DNA of 64,000 nucleotides from assembly GCA_951406725.2 (NCBI GenBank), contig OX597827.1:23808001-23872000 (forward strand), written 5' to 3'. Position 1 is the stretch's first letter; the number at the start of each line of letters is the position of its first letter. A program made the translations under genes and the position numbers. The notes under the pieces were generated by a model that saw only the letters and a program-made list of their open reading frames with translations, ran no database searches and was not told where the DNA came from. Below are positions 40,301-52,743 of the stretch, piece by piece. The stretch is from Octopus vulgaris. Taxonomy: Eukaryota.

Positions 40301-43171
40301 GATTATCCTAAGGCCTAGTCTTCAGTGAATGTCACAGTTTCAAAAAAATTTCAATGTACACATACATATAAATGACATGTATACACTGTAGTGAATTCAA
40401 TCTCTTGACAAAAAAAAAAACTCAGAATTATAAATTGCCAAACTAATTCTACATTATGTTCAGATCAGTTCAATCATCAATCAATTTTACAATCTTAGAC
40501 TTTTATAGAAAACTTGAAAATATTTTATCAATTGTTAACTTTTTTCTTTTTTGTATTTTTGGTTCTTTTTTTGTTCATTTAAGTGTAAAAATTATAATTA
40601 TTGTAATTTATAAATTATTTTCCCTCTGATCTAGTGTATATATTAGTATTTCCTGATGACTATAGGACTATTGGTGTGTGGTAGGGAGACAAAGGAAGAA
40701 GATAATTAAGTTTAGGGTTGATATATGCTATGGATTCTTAACTGGAATTTACCATTCTGTTGGAAAAAGAAAACAAAAGACTTAATAATTATTAGTGAGT
40801 CTTAAAGAAAAGAAGATAATTTTAAGGAATTCAGAATGAACCCCTCAATTAATTTATATGCTTGGAGGAAGATTTTATCTTTGTTTGCAGACAAGGGAAA
40901 CAAGTATGAACATCTTTCTATCTTATTAGATCTCATCAGCATAAGTACAATCTACTCAAGTCAGTTTTGATTAGTTGACAAATTTTTTAATATAGAAAAT
41001 GTTACAGTTGATTTTCTGCCAGTAATAATTAAAAACGTAAAATGAGCTAAGGGGAAATAATTCAAGTGGCTCATTGACATAAATTTAGATAAGTTAGAAG
41101 AAGTTGTACTGAATGATATAAAAAAAGAAATATCCTGTGGTGACTGATAGCACGTCCCAAAGAAAAAGGGAAATAATTACAAGAAATTTAAACTTAATGA
41201 CTTTAATTATGCGTAGGATAGATTAGGGGTAAATTAATGTGGAGAAAATGGGTAAGTTTGAGGCTGTTGAGGATTAGAGAAAGCAAACTTGGTGATGTTT
41301 AACCCAGATCAGCTTTGATCAAAGGACGTTCTATAAGTCATAGTGTTCCTTGGACTATACTGCTTGTTGGCTCTTTTTTAAAATAGAAATTTAGCTTGAC
41401 ATTGGTATGGTAAAGAAATGAGTAGAGAGGGATATGAGGTGAGGGTGGCTTAAAACTTGGGGTGAGAGTAAGTTTCAAGGGAAACTGCTGGAGAGCGGGA
41501 AGGGATGGAAGTAATTAAGAATCGATAAAGTAATGAAGAGTGAGATAGAAAGTGATAAATGAATTAAGAATAATGTTTAATTATAATTTTGTTGCAGGAA
41601 CCTAAAGATGCAGAGGAAGTAAACATCGAAGATCAAGTCAGTGTTGTCAGCTGTCAGGACATGGTGTCTAATGATATTGCTGAAACCAGTGAGACATTAG
41701 GCACAAAACGTCTTTCAGTTGGTGAGACTGAAGAAGTGGATGATGACAAAGTAACATCGAGTTTGTCACAGGTTAAACATAATAAGGATGATGATGTAAA
41801 AGGTTCCGGTGACTTTGTACTAGATTCCTGCTCCAAGTTGGAAGATCCCTCTGAAACAGCAGTGGCAGAAGATGAAGCTGCTGGGGTTGACGAAGAAAAG
41901 AAACAGAACCTGGTGGAAGAAAGCTGGAGAGAGATTGAGTCAGCCATCATTGATGAGACAATCGCAGAACTTGCTGCTGGAAACAATAACAACAATAACA
42001 GCAACAGCAATGATGGTAGAGGTGGTGATGGGGATGATCTGACCTCTTCTTTAGATATTGACAACTCATTGCTTGCTGACATGGAAAATGTCAATGATAA
42101 TGATGATGTTGATGTAGAGGAAGATGAGAACCTGCAGTTACTGGAACAACAGAGCGAGTGTCTGGAGAGTATAAAACAGATCCTCAGCGAGCAGGGTATT
42201 TTGAGTCATGTCGAGATGATGCTGCAGGAGATGGAAGAGATCAAGGAAGAGAATGCTGCCCTCAAAGAAAGGCTGACTTCAGGTGATGTTACACTAGCCA
42301 GTGGCGAAGTGGTCAATGTGGACGTAGCCATAGAGAAATTACATCAGCTGGAAGAGGTCTGCGAGAACCTCCGTGATAAAGTGCACACGACAGAGCAATC
42401 TGAGATGCTACTGAAAACCAAGCTGAAGCATGCCGAAGATACTGTCGGCGAGTTAGAGTCCAGCGAGAACCTACTGAAGGAGCAGTTGGCTAAGATCAGT
42501 CTAAGAGAGGCCGAGTGGAAGACGAAGGCTCAGGGTTTGTTGCGAAACGTCAACGAGTTGGAACAACTGCTGAAAGAGAAGGATGTCATCGAAGAAAAGT
42601 TACACGATAAGGTATATCACCTTACGTACAGATGCATGCATGTATGCACATCTCTTCTGCATCAATATGCTATTGCATGCGCATGTTCCAACCCCTGCTG
42701 CATATTGTACAGTGCTCGATATTTGTCAATACTGTTTTAATTTTTGCTTTATCCAAAGAATGAATCGCGTTTTCTGTCTGTGTTTCCTCTAATGATATAT
42801 GCATATTCAAACCTACATAATTATATGTGTGTATACAGTTAGTTGTGTTGCCATTAACACACATACACACATACACACAATTGTTTGCATGTGTTTGTAT
42901 TTATGCTTATTTGTTTTTATGTAAATATATTTGTGCATTTGTGTCTGCGTATGTATTACATTTAGGTGTGAATTTTATGACGAGTGTGGTTATGTATATA
43001 TACATATGTTTGCATGTGTAGATATATATACAATGGGTGGTAGGGGGTGTATGTTTATCTTGGCTTGGCTTTGTGAATGAAGATTTGTGGAATAGGGGTT
43101 GTCCACATCTGTTGCAGGCTTGCTGATGCCTGACAAGTCTAATTCAAGAAAAACAGGCTTAACTTTGTGTT

Positions 43172-43212
<41 letters not shown>

Positions 43213-46055
43213 TTATGTGTGTATTTGTATATGCACATATAAGTATATATCTGTATGCAAGTATGTACACGTCTGTATGTATATGTATGCATGTATTGGC
43301 AGGCGTACACCTGTTTGTATAAATAAAACAGTGCTGACCAACCATATGCACCCTCAAAACCCTAATGGATTGTGACCCCATGTTTGGCTCCTCTTAAACT
43401 CTGGTTTCTCTCTATAAATATTTTGCATGATGTCTTTTGGCTATGTCTTCATTTTCTCTTCCCTGTGTAATCCTGTATACATATGCATTTATATACATGC
43501 ATATACTCACACACTGTGTATATATGTATATATAATAGGGTGCTAAAAAGTTCCTGGGTTTAAAGGTATTGCAAAAGGCCTGGTTGGAGGCCCAAACTTC
43601 CAAGTTCTTTTACAAGGCTTAGAAAAACTGAAAGACCACAGCAGTAAGTGTGTGAATTTGAGAGGGGGAATATGTTGAATAAAAGCATAATTAACTGATC
43701 CTCCTGTGCTTTCTTTTACCCAAAACCAGGAACTTTTCAGCACCACCTTATACCTATATATATAACGTATGTATATTTGTGTGTATATAAGTGTGTAATC
43801 TACCTCTGTCACCACCCTGGCTAGTTGTTGCTGTGGTAAGTTTTCACTCACCCAATTCAAAGTATCACTGGTTTCTTTATAAATTTGCAGTGTTAGGTTT
43901 ATTTGATGTTGTGGAATGCATGATTGTCACTACATCACAATTGGCGAGTGCTGTGTTCCTTCTTCTCCCACTGGTGCACTTGTTGCTCTATGCTACATCT
44001 TCACGTTATGTTTTGTCTTTATATTCAGAAGATCTTCCATTGTAGCATTTACATTATTATTATTATTATTTTTATCATTATCATCATCATCGTCATTATT
44101 AAGGCAGCAAGCTTGCAGAATCGTTTGCACGCCGGGCAAAATGCTTAGCAGTATCTCATCTGTCTTCATGTTCTGAGTTCAAATTCTGCCGAGGTTGATT
44201 TTGCCTTTCATCCTTTAAGGGCTAATAAATTAAGTACCAGTTGCATACTGGGGTCGATCTAATCAACTGGCCCTCTCCCCCAAAATTGCAGGCCTTGAGG
44301 CTAGAATAGAAAGGATTATTATTGTTATTATTATTATTAAGGTGGCAAGATGGTAGAATTATTAGCATGCTGGAGGAAATGCTCAGTCAAGCAGTGGGGT
44401 TGATGTAATCAACTGGCCTCCTCCCCACAAAATTTCAAGACTTCTGCCTCTAGTAGTAAGGATCTTTTAATAAATTAAGGCAACTAACTGACAGAATTAT
44501 CAGCATGCCAGACAAAATGCTTTGAAGCATTTTGTCCATCTTTGTTCTGAGTTCAAATTCTGCTGAGGACAACTTTGCCTTTCATCCTTTCAGGGTCAAA
44601 ATGAGTACCAGCTGAATACTGGGTCAATGTAATCGACTTATTCCCCTCCACAGAACTTGCTGGCCTTGTGACACAATTTGAAACCATTGTCATTAGTAGT
44701 ATTATCATTATTATTATTATTATTATTATAGACATTGTACAGTGTACAATATCATAATATTGTTGATTAAAGATATTGTGTCTCCTGGGGGTTTGTACTG
44801 TTTGTCAAGTCACAACAAGGACCTTAGACAGGCAGTACTTTACGCAATATGCATGCAGTGCCAAGTAATACCGACTTTTGCAATACACCTAGATTGTAGG
44901 GTATTTCTAAAGTTTCCAGATCTTTATTATTATTATTATTTTATTTCAGTGAACTTATTTTTATTGCATGCTTCTATTGCAATTCTATGTGCCTTGTGTA
45001 CTTGCTGTGTGTCTTTTTTTTAATCTTTTGTATTGAACTCTGTAATATGCATATTGTGTTTAGCAGTTCTATGTTGTATATAAATAAGCATTAGTGTACT
45101 CTACCTACAGTACCTAATATAATTATTTTTGTATGTTGTGTTCATTTGGAAGTCCTGTGGTTTTAGCTATGTATTTGTCTGAATTTTTTTAAGTCATTCC
45201 CAGTAGAGGTTATATCTGTTTCCAGTTTCACATTATATCGCTTTTTCCAGATTTTTATAGGATTTCATTTAGAGATTCATTATCATCTGTTGGGGCTGAT
45301 TCTTCAGTCAGGAATCACTTCCTTACTTAGGGGTCCTTGACAACAATGTCTTGTCATTTAGCTTTAATTTCACTGTCTCTGTGAATTGATATATCCCAGA
45401 GTTTGTTTGGTCTTCCTCTCTCATTCCCAAATCTCTTTTGTTCGTATTTCATAATGCTGACATAACTTCGGTGTAAATAACTGTCATGTCTGTAAATGGA
45501 TTCTCTCTTGTTTCTTCACAATTTTCACTTATTCTCCAGTTATCGTACATCTATTTCATTGCATGATCCTGGTGGTTTCTGATGTCAGATATAGTTTGGA
45601 TCCATCTTGCGCTGGATGGAATCAAAGACCCTTCTGCATCCTCTTCACACTCTCGGTTCAACTCCCACCAAAATCAGTTTTGCTTTTCATCCCTCTGAAG
45701 TTAAAAAACCAATCAAGTACTAATGTCAATGGTATTGGATGTCTCACAAACCTCGAAATTTCCAGCCTGGTGTCTGTGATAGAAAATATTATTATTATTA
45801 TTGTCTATTCTTTTAACTTGGATTTTATTGGAACTCCCGGAATCTTGCATGAGTAGCAGGCTTGCTACCTCTAGCACCTACGGTACCATGCTATTTGTTC
45901 TCTCCAACTATCTAATGATACTTTTTCTCATAAATCTGGTCAAGGAAAAGGAAACAAACTTTTCGCAACAGTTCTACTAGACACTCTATTCTCATTTTCT
46001 TTATGCCCTTCTAAATATCTTTTGATACTGTCCCCAAGGCCCCAACTGATAGTGA

Positions 46056-46086
<31 letters not shown>

Positions 46087-48086
46087 GAGTGAGAGAGCAG
46101 TGCATGCCATCAAAGTGACACTGGGGTAAAATATACGAAGCCCAATATACCCATCATGACTACCCGTCTGATAAAGGTACACCAGGCACTAATTATTATT
46201 ATTATTTATAGCAATAACAATGCTTAGTTTATAAATTGGACATAAGACTACAATATTGGATGGAATAGTGGAATTCTCAGTAATTTTAATTAAAGTGTAA
46301 TTTAAGGGAGATTTGGTTGCTATTTCTAGCAGGTCATGGCTCCGCTGTTGGCTTAGTTGATAGGTACCTGTTAGTGAAGCAGGTATGTAATCATTTTGGT
46401 TTAATCCCTGTGAATAAAAGCTTTAGAATTTCATTGTTCAGTATTTCTATAGAGTTTAGACTCCTTACTGCCACCCCTCCCCCACCCGCCGCCACCACCA
46501 CCACCACCATTATCTGCTGAAGTGGAGTGGGAGAACTGTTATTATTGACACTTGTATGCAAGGATTATCAATATCTTCAGCCTTCTATAGCCAGATGTAT
46601 GGTGGTGTTGGTGGCAGTGATGGTAAAGAGAGAGAGAGGAGAGGTATAGCTGGCTGATGGCTGTGTCAGCTTACACCTTCCATTGACCTCCCTTTCAATG
46701 CCTGCAGGATTAACCCTGTATAGAGTAATTGCTTTGCAATACTTGATTCCTGGTTCATTCCCATTGTGTTGACCAAGCCCTGGGAGTGAATTTTGATACA
46801 CACAAAGTGTGTGTATATGTGTTTTTTAATCTATAGATATTGTTGGAAAGCTCTCTTCTCAGATATTCTATTATTGTTCTCAAGGTCCCCTAATAATTAG
46901 ATGTATTATAACTTTGTTACCTTTGTTCTAGCACTTGAAATTTCCATTCTTCAAGTCAATATAATGCTGTTTTTTTTTTACTCTTGTGTCTAATTAACAA
47001 GCCACGTTGATTATAAATCATGATTTCTTTTCGTTGTCATTAGCAACAGTATCCAACCTTCTTTCAGTTCGTATACAAAAGTCTCACAATAACATTGTTG
47101 CCATTTACAATAGCTTGCATTTCTATTTTCACAAAATGATTATAACTCTTTGCTGCAGATTTCTTGTAAAAAATTCCATTGTACTGTTGCTGCAGTCTTT
47201 CACACTTCTGTTTTGCGTTCAGTCTAAGCTAATTCTGGACATTCCAATACAATGCAAGTCATGGATTCATTTGGATCAGAACACATTCGACATTTGGCTG
47301 AGCAGTTTTGTTGGCTTATTGCTCCCTTGATCTATGGTACTTTTAAAGCCTGTTCCTTCATTCTCCGTCACTCAATATTCTTTTCTTTAGCCACAACCAC
47401 CTCTCCTTGTCCCTTGTTACCTCTTTATGTCCTTGAAAATTGCTGAATGCAGCTTCTTTCCCTCAAACTTTCATTTCCACATTTTCCCATTTTCTCTTTT
47501 TCACATCTGCCCATTCTGTAAATAATCCTTCACTTATTAACTCTTGAACTGTTAAAGTCTTATTAAAAACTAAAAATTTTGATGAAAATGCAGTTACTCC
47601 AATATAAATTTATCAATTTCATTTTGCAATTATTATCATTATCATCATTATTATTATTAAGCTATTTGTGCTAATTTAATTAGCCACAGTGTTATCTTGA
47701 GGCTTAGTGACAATGGGTCTCTGCAAATTATAAGAATCTTTTTAGAATTCTTACAATATATATATGATTGGATTTTTCTGCAGGTCAACAATGCAAGTCT
47801 TAATTCCAATATCTTTTGGTCTTTTAGGTGTTGTCCCAAGTATACCGATTACCACTGGAATAATTTTTTTGTTAGTCTTCCGTGGTCTTTTCATCTCTCT
47901 GATGAGATCCTGATACTTCTCATTTTTTTTCTTATTTCTTTTTTATCGACTCAACCTATCTGAACCAGTTACAAAGTTTATCATTTTATACTGTTTAGTT
48001 TGTCTTCTATAATCATATCTGGTCTTTTTGCTTCAATAGTATGCTCAGTTTTTATGGGGAAATCCCATAAGATCCTATTCTTCTTC

Positions 48087-48120
<34 letters not shown>

Positions 48121-48803
48121 GTGATGAAAACTCAGTTTATTTTGCTGAGTGTGATGGAAAGTGTCAGCTGTGCACAGCCAGCAGACTAAGGTAACTCTTT
48201 TTTTACTGGTCATGCTTCAAGAACCCTGCGAAGAATTCTTGCAATTCCAAGCAATGCTGATTTTTGTAGGTGTTCTACCTTCACACTTGCTCTGATCTTT
48301 TTCAGTCTTGTTGGTAGTTGAGTGCTAATACTTCCAAGTGCACCAATTACTATTGGTATCACGTCTACTCTCCTCATTGACCACAACCTTCGTATTTCCA
48401 TTATTACGTATTATTATTATTACTAGCAGTATCACCCGACGTTGCTCGGGTTTGTTTCAATCCCTTAGAATTGGAATTTTTGAAAAGTAAAAATTTTGCA
48501 TTATGTAGCTTGTTATTCTCTTTAAGTGAACATTTTTCTGGTTGAAATACACCGAAAAATGGCAACAGAGCAGTCAAAAAATCGTAAAAAATAGGGATTT
48601 TCATAGAAAAAAAAGCACCTTTTTGATGTAAATAATTTTTGGTGTTAACATGGTCCGATTTGAATTTTTTCTTCTATGGAAGGAAGAGCAAGCCTTCTAT
48701 CATACTCTCAATTTTGATCAACTTGCATCGCAGGGTCTCGGAGGAGATAGTGTTAGTTGAAGGCTACCAAACCTGCCATACACAGACAACTTCAGCTTGA
48801 GAG

Positions 48804-48843
<40 letters not shown>

Positions 48844-51494
48844 TATGTTTGACTTTTGCTTTGCATTTGTACAAGTTTGCTCCAAGTCTCACCCAGAGAC
48901 CTCAAACGACAACAAGCTGGAAGTTCATGCTGGTGTTATGCCTAGGGTGCCATATATTTGGTTTTGTACATAGTGTTGTTCTAGAGAATGCTTAAGAAAC
49001 CATAAGAAAATTATATGTTTGTTTTAAAACTGGAGATTACATAGACAGTATTTTACGTAGGATATGGAAAGTTCCCATGAGCAGCACTATCTTTTGAATT
49101 TCTGCCATTTTGGGGTTTCCTAGTATCTGAGCTAGGTAGCAATCAGCTCCTTTTGCTATCATTCCTAGGGCACCTATGACAACAGGTATTGTTTTAGTCT
49201 TCAGGTTCCACGTAGTCTTATTTTTTTATCATATGCTTTCACTGCACTACCAAGTGCAGCCCTATGTGCCTAGGGTATGTGCTGTGGTTTGTTGTGGTGC
49301 TCTTATTTTCAATGTATTGAAAGTGCTATTTTCTGTATGTTGTTGTTGTTATTATTATCATCATCATCAACATGAATACTTGTACTTTTTCAGATCAAAG
49401 CACTTGAGGAAGCTGATATGAGAAACTCTCGGAAGCTTGTAGAATTGCAAGAGGATGAGAACCACTTGCGAGAAAGCCTACGCAATAAAGATGACCTCTC
49501 TGACCAAAGTGAGATGCTGAAAACCCTGAAGAAGAAAATCAAGGACCTGGAAAAAAGTAACAAATTGCTAAAGAGTCGGGTTGTGGAACTTGAAGATAGT
49601 GAGTGTGAAGTGAGAGAACACTGGAACCAAATTGTGGAAACTGATGCCAACAAAATTGAGGGTCTGCAAGAGAAAGTGAAAATGTTGGAATCATTAAACA
49701 GGGAACTGGAGAAGAAACTTCAGGAAGGAGAAGAAGAATTTATGACTGGGGTTTCCTTGGCATCAGAACTGTCATTCAGCCAAAACCCTCCAGATTCCAA
49801 AGAATCTACAGTGAGCTTTGATTTGGAAACAGAATATAAGAACCTGGAGGAAAAGTTTCAAGAGGTTACGGAAGCTAAAAATAGCAAGATTGCCGAACTG
49901 GAAGACCATTTGGAGAAGCTGTACAGTACTGAGCAGAAACTGAGTGAGACTGTTGCAGAAATGGAAGAGAGAGAGCGGGAACTGCTTGCAAAATTGAAAC
50001 TCTGTGAAAACTCTGATTTCTCTGTAGAAAAAATGCTTAAATATGAAGAGCGTATCAAAGAGCTCAGTTATTCACAGGAAAATTTGCTGAATGCTATAGA
50101 TACAGTAGCTGACCCCGAGAGCCATTCACTGCAGATAATCAATGCTCTGAAAGATGAGTTGGTTTTGAGTTACCAGAAAAATGAAGAGATGAGTTTGAGA
50201 GAGAAAAAATCGACTGAACAGTTGAGGAATGAGAACAATTCTTTGAAAGACCAACTTGATAAGTTGTTAGAGAAAGAATCCGGTCATTTAGGCCAAATTC
50301 TATCCACAGAAAAGGGAAAGGATGCTTTGCACAATGAACATTCTTTGGTTTCTCAAAACAGTAAGCAAGAAGTTCCGACATCCTCACTATTTGTGAGAAT
50401 TCAAGAACTTGAAACTGAAAATCAAGAACTCAGAATCAAAGTTGACGGTTCTCAGAATGGAACCCTTTCTAAAGTCTCTTCGACAGTCTCTTCAAATTAT
50501 GAACGGTTGTGTGAACTCGAGAAGGAGAACTCTGACCTTCTTGCTGAAGCAAGTCGGTTGCGAGAAGCTGAATCTCAGTGGAAAGAAACGGCAGAGAAGT
50601 TGGTACAGCTGGAGAGCAATGAAGAACGACTCATGGAGAAGGTAGTGGAACTTGAAGACAGTTGTGAAAGTCTAAAAGAGGAACTTCAGAAGGTACATGG
50701 TGATAAGAAAGAAAGCCAAAATGAATTGAAAGAGGAACGAGAAAAAGTTGGAAGTTTACTGAAACTAGAAGCAGAAATAAAGGGCAGACTCCAGGCTGAA
50801 GAAGAACTTAATGGTTCTCTTCGAGAACAACTACAATCTTTCAGGTTGCGTTTGGAGGCAATTAAGGATGCGTATGCAGACCATGAACATTCAAAGATGG
50901 AGTTGGAAAAGAAATTGGAGGAAGTTACTCGTGATAAAAATTTACTTGCTGAAAAACTCCAATCTCTCACCCAAAATCAGACCATTCCAGTGGATTCTAC
51001 AGATCCCAACCAAAATTCAGCAGACCATGACATTCTGGAACATTCCTCTCTATCATCATCTGATAGCAATCATTCCTCAGCAAATACAAGCAGCTTACCT
51101 TTCCATAGTACAGAAAACAAATACCTTGGCCTCATCAATTCCCTTGAAGCCAGCCTCAAAGACATTGGCAGCAATCAGGCTTCCAGTGAGTTCCAAAACA
51201 ATAAACAAGGTCCAATCGCAGAACAAGCATCGAAGAGTAAAGAAGAGCTCAGTAAAGAATTAGAATCTGAACTTGCGGATATGAATCGAGAGCAGCTCGT
51301 AGATTTTTGTAGCACTTTAAAGACAGATCTGAGGACAAAATCACAGAAAATTGAACAATTTGAGCGAGATTTCTCTGACTTTGTAAACAGAGTACAATGT
51401 GGGACAGTCGTCTTCCGAGATAAAGAAGTACGAAAGACTGTTCTCACAGAAGTCAAGACATTCCAACAGCAATGCAACTGTAAGGTAAGTATTA

Positions 51495-51532
<38 letters not shown>

Positions 51533-51700
51533 GAGTGAGATAGTAGTGCATGCTTATTATTATGATTATTATCATCATCATCATCATTATTATCATTGTC
51601 ATTATCACCATCATTATTATTATTATCATTATCATTATTAGCATTATTATTATCATCATCATTATTATTATTACCATTATTATTATCATCATCATCATCA

Positions 51701-51731
<31 letters not shown>

Positions 51732-52703
51732 CATCATCATCATTATTATCATTATTATCATCACATTATTATTATTATCATCATCATTATTATTATTGTT
51801 ACCATTATTATTATTATTATTATCACCGTCATTATTATCATCATTATTATCATCATCATCATCATTATTATTATCATTATTATTATTATTATCATCGTCA
51901 TTATTATTATCATTATTATCATCATCATCATCATTTATCATCATTATTATTATTATTATTATCATCATCGTCATTATTGTTATTACCATTATTATTATTA
52001 TTATTATTATCATCATCGTCATTATTATTATCATCATCATCATCATTATTATTATTCCGCCAAGGTCTAAGGTGGCAAGCTGGTAGAATCGCTAGCATGC
52101 CAGACAAAGCACTTTACATTCTGAGTTCAAATTTTGCCAGGGTCAACTTTGCCTTTCATCCTTTTTGGGGTCGATAAAATAAGTCCCAGTGGAACACTGG
52201 GTCAATGTCCCCTCTCCCACAAAATTTCAGGTCATGTCCCCTATAGTAGAAAGGATTATTCCACCAAGGTCGGCTTTGCTTTTCATCTTTTCAGGGCCAG
52301 TAAATGGGTACCAGTTGAGCACTAGAGTTGATATAATTGCCTAAGCCTCCTGCTTCAAATTTGAGGCCTCGTGCTTTTAGTAGAAAGAATTATTATTAAT
52401 AATTAGCTTAATTGAATTTTCTGATGATAATCTTAAAATCTTTAGACTATTAATTTCAACTTCCATGTTTTAATTTCTTATTAAAATTTATTGGGTCAAT
52501 TACTCTCATGAATTTAATACAAGTAACTTGTGTGTGTGTGTGTGTGTATACCTTATATCACAAAATCTGCGAACAGGAACGTGATTCTCTAAGTAACAGA
52601 TTTTGTGATATTTTTGCTGCTTTTTAATAAAGCATATTACTCTACCTCCGGTATTCGAGAACTATTTTTACCACCTTGTTTTGCATTTATGTGCTTACTC
52701 TGG

Positions 52704-52743
<40 letters not shown>

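Noticed and set aside
48210-48401. 63-aa minus-strand ORF as a nested host gene
   Set aside because: It is the C-terminus of an R4/Dong-type retrotransposon ORF.
51528-52177. Poly-I/L/Y/H/N ORFs of 172-193 aa
   Set aside because: Trinucleotide microsatellite artefacts.
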